A program made the position numbers and the translations under genes. 64,000 bases of DNA. Source: Alphaproteobacteria bacterium. GTDB taxonomy: Bacteria > Pseudomonadota > Alphaproteobacteria > UBA828. Each line of letters begins with the position of its first letter. Position 1 is the first letter of the stretch. Location of the stretch: contig CBDCCI010000002.1 of assembly GCA_965214705.1 (NCBI GenBank), positions 2,176,001 to 2,240,000 of the forward strand. Reading direction: 5' to 3'. The notes below the pieces were generated by a model. The model was not told the origin of the DNA. It searched no databases and saw only the letters and a program-made list of their open reading frames with translations. Positions 1 through 9,498 of the stretch are shown here, in pieces.

Positions 1-62
1 CCGATCAGGCTCTCGCGCTCGGCCGCCGAAGCGCTCAGTTCGTTCGTTGAGTGGTCGTCCAT
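1..62 (-). CDS. 5' fragment of a gene running off the window, possibly 23S rRNA methyltransferase RlmN
   Basis: ATG at 62 gives MDDHSTNELSASAAERESLIG. The rlmN guess rests only on the usual ialB-rlmN synteny in Alphaproteobacteria. Confidence 0.35.
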   Translation of the reverse strand, partial: MDDHSTNELSASAAERESLI

Positions 63-94
63 AACGGGCCCGGAGCCCGTCGCGGAACTATCCG

Positions 95-631
95 CTACGG
101 GCACGCCCTGACGATGGCGTCGTGGATCTTGGTAAAGCCGATCAGGGAGTAGCTGTCTTCGGAAAAGGTGTTCTTGAGAGACACCCCGCGCACCTTCATC
201 TCGCGGCCGCGTATCATGGCCTTGACGACCGTGGCGTCCGCCTCTTCGTCACTCACCCAGGCGTGCTCTCCATGGGTCAGGTCGAAGCTGAATTGGCGGC
301 CGTCGATGGTCACCTTCACGACCTTTCCCTCCGGATAGGGATAGCCCGAGGTCACGCTGACTTCCTCGGTCGTCCTCGCCGCCTGGCGGCGGGTCACCAT
401 GACGTTGGGCGCGCCGCGCCGCTTGTAATTGCCCTTGGACTTCGCCGGTTTGGCATGCATGTAGCAGACCTTATTACCGTCCCGGACGTAGCTGTGCGCC
501 TTCCAATTTGCGTTCTCGGCCAAGGGCTCAGGCTTCACCTGCGCGTCCGCCCCCTGGGGGCCGGCGAGCAGTGAAACACACAGAACGGCGGAAAACAGGA
601 GCGCCGGCGTCGCGGCGATGCGTCGGTTCAT
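95..631 (-). CDS. Invasion-associated locus B (IalB) family exported protein
   Basis: Signal peptide (MNRRIAATPALLFSAVLCVSLL), W...KVCYM...P motif, and C-terminal D.YSLIGFTK...C typical of the family. Confidence 0.75.
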   Translation of the reverse strand: MNRRIAATPALLFSAVLCVSLLAGPQGADAQVKPEPLAENANWKAHSYVRDGNKVCYMHAKPAKSKGNYKRRGAPNVMVTRRQAARTTEEVSVTSGYPYPEGKVVKVTIDGRQFSFDLTHGEHAWVSDEEADATVVKAMIRGREMKVRGVSLKNTFSEDSYSLIGFTKIHDAIVRACP

Positions 632-815
632 GGCCTTTGGAAGCTTATGGGCGACGGCGGCGCAGCATAACCAAAATGATGCCGGGCCGCCAGTACCTCT
701 CCCGCCGGTTCGAATCACGATTTCGACGCCGGCTGCCCAACGTGCTTTGCGCCCTCCTTCGACACTCGGGCACCAAGCAGTTTACGACGGGCCCGGCGCA
801 GGCCATATAGAGAGC

Positions 816-1379
816 ATGGCGATACTCAAGATCGCGCGCATGGGCCACCCCGTACTGAGCCGCGCCGCGTTGCCGGTGGCCGACCCGACCGCACCGGCGA
901 TCGCGCGACTGATCGAGGACATGATGGAGACGTTGGAGGACGCAAACGGGGCCGGCCTCGCGGCGCCCCAGGTCCACATGCCGCTGCGACTCGTGCTCTT
1001 CCGCGTGCCGCCCGGCCGCGAGACGGCGGAGGAAGAGAGCGCGGACGGCGAGCCAGCGCCTTCGTCGGAGCTCGAGTCGCCGACGGTTCTCATCAACCCA
1101 GCAATCGAGCCGATCGGCGAGCGCATGGTGGAGGACCTGGAAGCCTGCCTCTCTCTCCCCGGCCTCGCCGGCATCGTGCCGCGCTACAACCACATTCTCT
1201 ATCGCTGGACGGACACCGAAGGCCGCAGCCACGAATGCGAAGCGCGGGGCTTCCATGCGCGCGTGGTGCAGCATGAGTGCGACCACCTGGACGGTATCCT
1301 TTATCCGATGCGGATGACCGACCTCTCGACCCTCACCTTCACGAGCGAGCTCGGCCGCCCGGCGGCCGTGGAAGCCTGA
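816..1379 (+). CDS. def: Peptide deformylase
   Basis: Motifs GAGLAAPQ, EACLS and QHECDHLDG; start MAILKIARMGHPVL. Confidence 0.95.
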   Translation: MAILKIARMGHPVLSRAALPVADPTAPAIARLIEDMMETLEDANGAGLAAPQVHMPLRLVLFRVPPGRETAEEESADGEPAPSSELESPTVLINPAIEPIGERMVEDLEACLSLPGLAGIVPRYNHILYRWTDTEGRSHECEARGFHARVVQHECDHLDGILYPMRMTDLSTLTFTSELGRPAAVEA

Positions 1380-1382
1380 GCC

Positions 1383-2072
1383 ATGTGGCGAGCGCTGCCT
1401 GCGGACGAGACCCGCGACCGGCTGCTGGTCGCGGTTCTCCCCCACGTGCCCTTCGACGGCTGGTCCGAGAAGGCGCTGGCTGCGGCAGCGGCGGAGCTCG
1501 GTATCGAGACCGAAGAGGCGCACCAGGCCTTTCCCGGCGGGGCCGTAGCGCTCGTCACCTACCACGCGGGCTACGCCGACCGGCGCATGGAAGAGGCGCT
1601 GAAAGAGTCCGATCTGACGGAGATGCGGCTGCGGGAGCGCATCGCCCATGCCGTGCGTCTCAGGCTCGAGCAGAACGTGGCACACCGCGAGGCGATCCGC
1701 GCGGCGTTGCCGATCCTGGCCCAGCCCGCCAACGGCCCGCACGCGCTCGCGTCCCTCTACCGCACCGTGGACACGGTCTGGTTCGCAGTCGGCGACAAGT
1801 CGACGGATTTCGGCTTCTACACCAAGCGCGCCCTGCTCGCCGGCGTCTACCTCTCCACCCTGCTCTACTGGCTGAACGACGGCTCCGAGGATACGCAAGC
1901 GACCTGGGGCTTCCTCGACCGCCGTATCGCAGACGTCATGCGCATCCAGACGGCTCGGGGGCAATTCGCCCGCTTCCGCCCACCCGGCTTCGGGCTACTG
2001 CGGCGCCTGCGCGAGGCGGCCCGCGCCGCCGCGAATCCCATGCAGACGGGCGGCCCACAGAGCCCGTCGTAG
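1383..2072 (+). CDS. COQ9 family protein (ubiquinone biosynthesis-associated)
   Basis: HVPFDGW and GDKSTDFGFYTKRALL...FLDRRI motifs. Confidence 0.85.
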   Translation: MWRALPADETRDRLLVAVLPHVPFDGWSEKALAAAAAELGIETEEAHQAFPGGAVALVTYHAGYADRRMEEALKESDLTEMRLRERIAHAVRLRLEQNVAHREAIRAALPILAQPANGPHALASLYRTVDTVWFAVGDKSTDFGFYTKRALLAGVYLSTLLYWLNDGSEDTQATWGFLDRRIADVMRIQTARGQFARFRPPGFGLLRRLREAARAAANPMQTGGPQSPS

Positions 2073-2100
2073 CACGCGGACCCGGCGTGATTGCCTGCTC

Positions 2101-3288
2101 CTACACAAGCAACTCGGCCAGCAGACTGTTGAGCAGCGGCCGGCCGGCGGCGGTCGTGCGGAACCGCCCGCCCCGACGCTCCAGATAGCCGGCCTCGACG
2201 AGGCGTGTGAGGCCATCGCGGTCGATTACCCGGTCCGGCTCACAGCCGGTGCGCTGCCTGAGCCGGGATTCCGGCACCCCTTCGGCGAGCCTGAGTCCCA
2301 TCATCAGCATCTCGCGCGCCTGTTCATCGGGGGCGAGGGAGCGCGTCTCGGCGGTGCCGTGGCCGTCGCGCTCGACGGCGGCAAGCCAGGCTTCGGGAGC
2401 GGCGTGTTGGCGCGTCGCCTGCCGCCCCTCCCCTGCCGGCGCGATACGGCCGTGGGCGCCCGGCCCGATGCCCACGTAGTCGTCGTAGCGCCAGTAGGCG
2501 AGGTTGTGGCGGCAGGCATCGCCGCCGCGCGCATGGTTCGAGACCTCGTAGGCCGCAAAGCCGGCGGCCTCCATGATCTCCTGGGTCAAGTCGTACAGAG
2601 CGCGGCCGGTATCGTCGTCGGGCACCGCGAACGCGCCTTCGCGCGCCTGCCGCCAGAACGGCGTGCCCTTCTCGATGGTGAGCTGGTAGAGCGAGAGGTG
2701 ATTGTCGGCGAACGACATCGCCTCCGACAGCTCGTCGCGCCAGGCCCCCACAGTCTGGCCGGGCCTCGCGTAGATCAGATCGAAAGAGCTGCGCGGCATG
2801 ATGCGCTGCGCCAGTGCCACCGCTTGGCGCGCCTCCGCCGCGTCGTGTCCGCGCCCGAGGAAGTTGAGAGCGTCGTCGTCCAGCGCCTGCACGCCCAGCG
2901 AGACCCGGTTGATGCCGGCCGTGCGGAAGTCCTCGAGCCGCGCCGCCTCGGTCGAGGTCGGATTGGCTTCGAGGGTGATCTCCACGTCCGCTGTGGGGAT
3001 CCAATGCGCCGCCGCCCGGTCGATGACGGCGGCTGCGGTCGCGGGCGGCATCAGCGAGGGCGTGCCCCCACCGAAGAAGATGCTGTTGACCGTCGCCCGC
3101 GGCAGCAGCGCCGCGAAGTGGTCGAGCTCGCGCAGTAGCGCGCCCCGCCATCTGGCCTGATCCACGCTCTCCTTGACGTGGCTGTTGAAGTCGCAATAGG
3201 GGCACTTGGAGAGGCAGAACGGCCAGTGGACGTAGAGAGCGAGCGCCTGTTGCGCTCCGGCAGAAGACGGCTCGGGCTCGCCGCTCAC
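2101..3288 (-). CDS. hemW: Radical SAM heme chaperone HemW
   Basis: [19 protein letters not shown] (CxxxCxxC), FGGGTPS, HNLAYW; co-oriented with rdgB and rph. Confidence 0.92.
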   Translation of the reverse strand: MSGEPEPSSAGAQQALALYVHWPFCLSKCPYCDFNSHVKESVDQARWRGALLRELDHFAALLPRATVNSIFFGGGTPSLMPPATAAAVIDRAAAHWIPTADVEITLEANPTSTEAARLEDFRTAGINRVSLGVQALDDDALNFLGRGHDAAEARQAVALAQRIMPRSSFDLIYARPGQTVGAWRDELSEAMSFADNHLSLYQLTIEKGTPFWRQAREGAFAVPDDDTGRALYDLTQEIMEAAGFAAYEVSNHARGGDACRHNLAYWRYDDYVGIGPGAHGRIAPAGEGRQATRQHAAPEAWLAAVERDGHGTAETRSLAPDEQAREMLMMGLRLAEGVPESRLRQRTGCEPDRVIDRDGLTRLVEAGYLERRGGRFRTTAAGRPLLNSLLAELLV

Positions 3289-3899
3289 GGCCGAGGCGGC
3301 AGATAAGCCGCGAGTTGCTCGAAGGCCCGCGCCCGATGGGTCAGCGGCTGCTTCTCTTCCGGCGGCATTTCGCCGAAGCTGCGTCCGTGGCCGTCGGGGA
3401 CGAAGATCGGATCATAACCAAACCCGTGCCCACCGCGCGGCGGAAACGTGAGTATTCCATTCACGCGGCCCTCGACGGTCTCGCAGTGACCGTCCGGCCA
3501 GCCGAGGGAGAGCGCGCAGACGAAATAGGCCGCTGCGCCGATGGTCTCACGCCCCCGCGCCGCAAGCTCCGCCTCGATCCGGTCCATCGCCACGCGAAAA
3601 TCCTTCCCCGGCCCCGCCCAGCGGGCGGAATAGATGCCGGGGGCGCCGTCGAGCGCCGGCACCACGAGGCCGGAATCGTCGGCGAGCGCAGGCTCGCCGC
3701 TCGCCTCGGCCGCTGCGCGGGCCTTGAGGGCCGCGTTGGCGATGAACGTGTCGCCGGTCTCCTCCGGCTCCGCGAGGCCCAGCGCCGAGGCGCCCACCGC
3801 CTCGATGCCGAGGGGGTCCAGCAGCGCTGCGATCTCGCGCACCTTGCCGGCGTTATGGCTCGCCACGATCAGGCGCGCCGCCGTGAGACGACGGGCCAT
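3285..3899 (-). CDS. rdgB: Non-canonical purine NTP pyrophosphatase (RdgB/HAM1)
   Basis: [35 protein letters not shown]. Confidence 0.95.
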   Translation of the reverse strand: MARRLTAARLIVASHNAGKVREIAALLDPLGIEAVGASALGLAEPEETGDTFIANAALKARAAAEASGEPALADDSGLVVPALDGAPGIYSARWAGPGKDFRVAMDRIEAELAARGRETIGAAAYFVCALSLGWPDGHCETVEGRVNGILTFPPRGGHGFGYDPIFVPDGHGRSFGEMPPEEKQPLTHRARAFEQLAAYLPPRP

Positions 3900-3904
3900 G
3901 CCGT

Positions 3905-4627
<723 letters not shown>

Positions 4628-4761
4628 GAAGGGCCCTCCCCCGCTGGCGGCGCGACACTATCGCGGGGCCCTAAGAGCGTCCACCCCCGCCCCGCTCGCG
4701 CGGGCGGTAAGGCTGCAGAGCCTGTAGACTTGGCACCTCGTTCGCGCCGCGGAGCCCCGCC

Positions 4762-7700
4762 ATGCCTTACCGCATCGCCGTCGACACTGGCGGCACCTTT
4801 ACCGATGTCGTCGTCGCAGCACCCGGCGGCGCGCTCACCGTCGGCAAGGCGCCGTCCACGCCCTTGCGTAGCGCGGACGGGGTCAAGGCGGGCCTCGCCG
4901 ATGCGGCACGGAGCATGGGCATCCCGGTCGAAGCACTGATCGGGGAGGCGGACGTTCTGATCTACGGCACGACCTGGGCGACCAACGCGATCGTCACCGG
5001 GACCACCGCGAAGACCGCCCTTCTGGTGACCGAGGGCTTTCCCGACATCCTGGTCTATCGCCAGGGCGGCAAGCTGCACCCTTTCGAGCTCCACATCGAC
5101 CCGCTCAAGCCCTACGTGCCGCGCCGGCTCACCGCCGAGATCCCCGAGCGGGTGACGGCCGAAGGCGAGGTGGAACGCGCACTGGATGAGGACGCTGCGC
5201 GCGCAGCGCTGACCCGGCTCGCCCGGCAGGGCGTGGAGGCGGTTGCCGTCTGCCTGCTCTGGTCGATCAAGAACCCGACACACGAGGAGCGGTTGGGCGC
5301 CCTGATCGAGGAGACGATGCCGGGCGTCCCCTACACGCTCTCGCACCGGCTCAACCCGATCCTACGCGAGTACCCGCGCGCCTCCTCGGCTGCCATCGAC
5401 GCCTCGTTGAAGCCGCTGATGCAGCGCCATCTACGGGCGCTCCGCGATGACCTCGGCGCCGCCGGGTTTGCCGGCGAGCTCCTGGTCAGCACGGTCTCTG
5501 GCGGCCTGATGCACGTGGAGGATGTCGCCGACCGTCCAATCTTCATGGTCAAGTCGGGCCCGGCGATGGCGCCGCTCGCCGGCATCGCCTACGCGGAGGC
5601 TGAGGGGCTCGGGCGCGACGTGCTGGTGGTCGATGCCGGCGGCACCACCTTTGACGTCAGTATGGTGCGCGACGGCGCGGTCAAATACACCCGCGAGACG
5701 TGGCTGGGCGGGCTCTTCTCCGGCCACAACCTCGGGCTCTCCTCGGTCGACGTGCGGAGCGTGGGTGCGGGCGGCGGCTCGATCGCCTGGATCGACCCCG
5801 GCGGGTTGATGCGCGTGGGGCCCGAGAGCGCCGGTGCCGACCCCGGCCCCGCCTGCTACGGCCGGGGCGGGAACGCGGCGACCGTGACCGACGCCGCCGT
5901 GGTGCTCGGCTACATCGACCCGGACGCCTTCCTCGGCGGGCGCATGAAACTCGACGTGGCCGCCGCCCGGTGCGCCGTGGACGCGCTGGCCGAGCAGCTC
6001 GACATGACGATCGAGGAGACAGCCTCGGCAATCCTCACCCTCGCCAGCGAGACCATGATCAAGGCGATCGAGGAAATCACGGTCAACGAGGGGGTCAATC
6101 CGCGCGAGAGCGTGCTCGTGGCGGGCGGCGGGGCCGCCGGCCTCAACATCCTGCCGATTGCCTCGGCGCTCGGCTGCGAACGGGTGCTACTGCCCAAGAC
6201 GGCGGGCGCGCTCAGCGCCTGCGGCGCGCAGTATTCCGACATCGTCGCCGAGTTCAGCGCGAGCCACTACGTCCGCACCGACCACTGGGACGAAGCGGCG
6301 GTCAACGAAACCCTCGGCGATATCGACGCGCGCATGGAGGCGTTCGCCGACGGCTTGCGGACGCGGGGTATCGCGCGCTTCCGCAAAGATCACTTCGTCG
6401 ACGCCCGCTACCTCAACCAGCAATGGGAAACCGAGATCGCGATGCCGGCCCCGCGCTTCGCGGGCCGCGGCGCCGTCAACGCGCTCATCGGGCATTTCCA
6501 CGAGGTGCACGAGCGGCTCTACGGCGTGAAGGAAGAGAACGGGCTGCTCGAATGCCTGAACTGGAAGGGCCGGCTCACGGCCTTCCTCGACCGGCCCCAG
6601 CCAGCAACGGCGGCAGAGGGCGGCGCTCGCAGCGGGCCGCCTGTACCACGCCGCACGACGCAGGCCTTCTTCGGCGACGCTGGATTCCTGGAGACGCCGG
6701 TCTTTGAGGGCGCGACGCTCGCGGCGGGCGATGCGATCGCCGGCCCCGCCATCATCGAGGAGCCGACCACCACGGTTGTGGTTTACCCCCGGACGCGGGC
6801 GCGGGTCTCGTCCGGCGCCAACTACGTTCTGGAACCGGCGGAAGAGACGGCACGGGCGCCGGCGGAGGGCGCGGAAGAGCTCGACCCGGTGCAGGTCGCG
6901 ATCATGGCCAACCGGATCGACGCGATCCTGCGCGAGATGACCGGCGTGGTGATGCGTACCGCGCGTTCGGCCGTGATCGGCCAGTCACGCGATTTCTCCT
7001 GCGCCATCGTGACGGCCGACAACGAGCTGCTTGCCGCTGCCGAGGGCATCCCTGCCCACATCTACGGCGCCCATCTGCAGACCAGGACCATGTGCCGGGT
7101 GCATCCGGACTTCCGCGAGGGCGACGCCTACCTCCACAACGACCCCTACGACGGCAACAGCCACGCCGCCGACTGGTCGATCATCGTGCCGGTCTTCTGC
7201 GACGGTGAGCACCTGTTCAACGTCACCGTGAAGGGCCATCAGGCCGACTGCGGCGACAGCATCCCCACCACCTACACGCCGCGCGCCCGCGATGTGTACG
7301 AGGAAGGCGCGCTGATCTTCCCCTGCGTGCGCGTGCAGCGCGACTTCCGCGACAATGAGGACATCGTGCGCATGTGCCGCCGGCGCATCCGGGTGCCGGA
7401 CCAGTGGTACGGCGACTATCTCTCGCAGCTCGGCGCGGCGCGCATTGGCGAGCGCCGACTCAAGGCCTTTGCTGCCAAGCATGGCGTGGATCAGATGCGG
7501 CGTTTCATCGAGGCCTGGTTCGACTATGCCGAGCGACGCGCCGATCACGCCATCCGCAGGCTGCCCAGGGGCACGTTGGTCAACAAGGGAATGCACGACC
7601 CGGTGCAGCCCTTCCTGCCCGAGAGCCTGGAGATCACGGTCAAGGTCGGGATCGACCCCGATGAAGGCCGCATCACCGTGGATCTCCGCGACAACCCGGA

Positions 7701-8685
7701 TTGCATCGACGCGGGCCTCAACCTCACCGAGGCTTGCGCGACCGCCAACTGCATCCAGGGCGTGTTCGAGAACCTGGAGTCCGATATCCCGCCCAACGCC
7801 GGCAGCTTCCGCCGCCTCGAGGTCAAGCTGCGCGAGGGCTGCGTCGTGGGCATCCCGCGCTTCCCGCATAGCTGCTCGCTCGCCACCACCAACATGGCGG
7901 ACGTGGTGGTGAACCTGGTGCAATCGGCCTTCACCCAGCTCGGGGACGGCCACGGGCTCGCCCAGGGCAATCTCTGCTTTTCCGCCGGTATGGGCGTGGT
8001 CTCAGGCAGGGACTGGCGGCGCGGCGGGGCCGAGTACATCAACCAGGTGTATCTGATGGGCGGCGGCGGACCGGCGCTGCCCGAGCACGACGGCATGATC
8101 TACCTGCTGACGCCGGGGGGCTGCGGATTGCTGCATCGGGACAGCATCGAGTTCGACGAGCAGCGCTTTCCCATGCTGATTCGCTCGCAGCGGCTCCTCC
8201 CTGATTCGGGCGGCGCGGGGCGCAGGCGGGGTGGGCCTGCGACCGAGGTGATCTTCGGTCCGCGCCGCGACCAGATGACCGTGAGCATCATGGGCGGCGG
8301 GACGATCAACCCGCCCAGAGGCGTGCGCGGCGGCAGCGACGCCAACCACGCCTACCACGGCCACCTGCATGCCGACGGCTCCGAGGACTCGGTTCCGAAC
8401 GGCGTGATGCTGGCACTGGCGCCCGGCGAGTTCGTGCGCTCGGTGGATAACGGCGGCAGCGGCTATGGCGACCCGCTCACCCGCGAGACTGGGCGCGTGC
8501 TGGAAGACGTGGTCGAGGGCTACGTGACCCTAGACCATGCGGAGGCGGTGTATGGCGTGAGGCTCACCGGGCGAGCGGAAGAGGGCACGCTCGCCGTCGA
8601 CGAGTCCGGCACCGCGGAGCACCGCGCCGCATTGGCCGGCGGCGCGGTGCCGCCGCGTAGCGTCAGCCGGTTCGGGCAAGGGTAG
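4762..8685 (+). CDS. Fused hydantoinase A/B (5-oxoprolinase-like) ATP-dependent amidohydrolase
   Basis: N-terminal DTGGTFTD, DAGGTTFDV, VGPESAGADPGPACYG (HyuA part); C-terminal RTARS..I...RDFSCAI, HNDPYDGNSH, GGSGYGDP (HyuB part); 1307 aa. Confidence 0.92.
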   Translation: MPYRIAVDTGGTFTDVVVAAPGGALTVGKAPSTPLRSADGVKAGLADAARSMGIPVEALIGEADVLIYGTTWATNAIVTGTTAKTALLVTEGFPDILVYRQGGKLHPFELHIDPLKPYVPRRLTAEIPERVTAEGEVERALDEDAARAALTRLARQGVEAVAVCLLWSIKNPTHEERLGALIEETMPGVPYTLSHRLNPILREYPRASSAAIDASLKPLMQRHLRALRDDLGAAGFAGELLVSTVSGGLMHVEDVADRPIFMVKSGPAMAPLAGIAYAEAEGLGRDVLVVDAGGTTFDVSMVRDGAVKYTRETWLGGLFSGHNLGLSSVDVRSVGAGGGSIAWIDPGGLMRVGPESAGADPGPACYGRGGNAATVTDAAVVLGYIDPDAFLGGRMKLDVAAARCAVDALAEQLDMTIEETASAILTLASETMIKAIEEITVNEGVNPRESVLVAGGGAAGLNILPIASALGCERVLLPKTAGALSACGAQYSDIVAEFSASHYVRTDHWDEAAVNETLGDIDARMEAFADGLRTRGIARFRKDHFVDARYLNQQWETEIAMPAPRFAGRGAVNALIGHFHEVHERLYGVKEENGLLECLNWKGRLTAFLDRPQPATAAEGGARSGPPVPRRTTQAFFGDAGFLETPVFEGATLAAGDAIAGPAIIEEPTTTVVVYPRTRARVSSGANYVLEPAEETARAPAEGAEELDPVQVAIMANRIDAILREMTGVVMRTARSAVIGQSRDFSCAIVTADNELLAAAEGIPAHIYGAHLQTRTMCRVHPDFREGDAYLHNDPYDGNSHAADWSIIVPVFCDGEHLFNVTVKGHQADCGDSIPTTYTPRARDVYEEGALIFPCVRVQRDFRDNEDIVRMCRRRIRVPDQWYGDYLSQLGAARIGERRLKAFAAKHGVDQMRRFIEAWFDYAERRADHAIRRLPRGTLVNKGMHDPVQPFLPESLEITVKVGIDPDEGRITVDLRDNPDCIDAGLNLTEACATANCIQGVFENLESDIPPNAGSFRRLEVKLREGCVVGIPRFPHSCSLATTNMADVVVNLVQSAFTQLGDGHGLAQGNLCFSAGMGVVSGRDWRRGGAEYINQVYLMGGGGPALPEHDGMIYLLTPGGCGLLHRDSIEFDEQRFPMLIRSQRLLPDSGGAGRRRGGPATEVIFGPRRDQMTVSIMGGGTINPPRGVRGGSDANHAYHGHLHADGSEDSVPNGVMLALAPGEFVRSVDNGGSGYGDPLTRETGRVLEDVVEGYVTLDHAEAVYGVRLTGRAEEGTLAVDESGTAEHRAALAGGAVPPRSVSRFGQG

Positions 8686-8768
8686 GCGCCCAGCCGTCCT
8701 CCATCGGCTTACGTTGTCTTGCCCGAACCAACTGGGTGGACATCTGCACTGTCGTTCTTGGCGGGAAT

Positions 8769-8876
8769 GTCTCACCACGGTCATGGTCTGCGCGGCGCTG
8801 TCCGGCCTGCAGGGAGGGACAGGCGGGCAGCGGGTCGAGCGCCAGGGAGGGGCGCAGACCATGACCGTGGTGAGAC
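8769..8876. repeat. 108-bp MITE-like element with perfect 25-bp terminal inverted repeats
   Basis: GTCTCACCACGGTCATGGTCTGCGC (8769-8793) is the exact reverse complement of 8852-8876. Intergenic; no TSD recognised. Confidence 0.6.
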
Positions 8877-9417
8877 GTACGGGTCGAGGGCGTCACGCGG
8901 CCTATGCTCCCGCTGTCGAGAGAAGGAGCGCCGCGAGAATGAGGCACACGCCCGTGAGCCAAGCCGCGAATACGGAATACGTCCACATCATCGAGGCGGC
9001 TCCTCACGGCAGAAGCAGATAATTGCCGTTGCAATCAGCCATTTGCTCCGCCTAAACGAGACGGGTACTCCGAACTCACTCATGGGCTTCTCACCTCACA
9101 ACCGGTGCCGTTCTCGAGAATCGAGACCGCGCGTCAGCATCGCAGTGTCAAAGTCGACGGAGACTGGGATCACTGGATAGAGAGAAAGTAGATATAAATT
9201 GGCAAGAAATGTACACAGAATCAATATACTTTGTTGATCTTGAGCTATATCCGTATTGACATATCTAACAACCTAATACTTTGTAATAACAAGATAAAAC
9301 ATATTAGTATATAAATTACATCTTAGAAACTGGCCCGACCAATGCGAAATTGATATGGAGTGGAAAGACCAATGCTCTCTTTCAAACAAGAGAGCATACC
9401 ATCATGGCATATCAACC

Positions 9418-9422
9418 ATGTT
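9418..9422 (+). repeat. Left copy of the 5-bp direct repeat ATGTT (probable TSD of the IS at 13360-15903)
   Basis: ATGTT abuts the 3' end of intron A1 here and recurs at 20483-20487 abutting the 3' end of intron A2. Confidence 0.75.
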
Positions 9423-9498
9423 ATCGCGGTAGGGAACCGGGTTGCCCCGGTCCCCCCGCACAGATCCGGACGGGCGCTGTTCGCATCCGGCTCCTCCC

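Noticed and set aside
9256-9290. Sigma70 promoter at TTGACA
   Set aside because: No convincing -10 hexamer at 16-18 bp spacing; such matches are expected by chance in AT-rich DNA.
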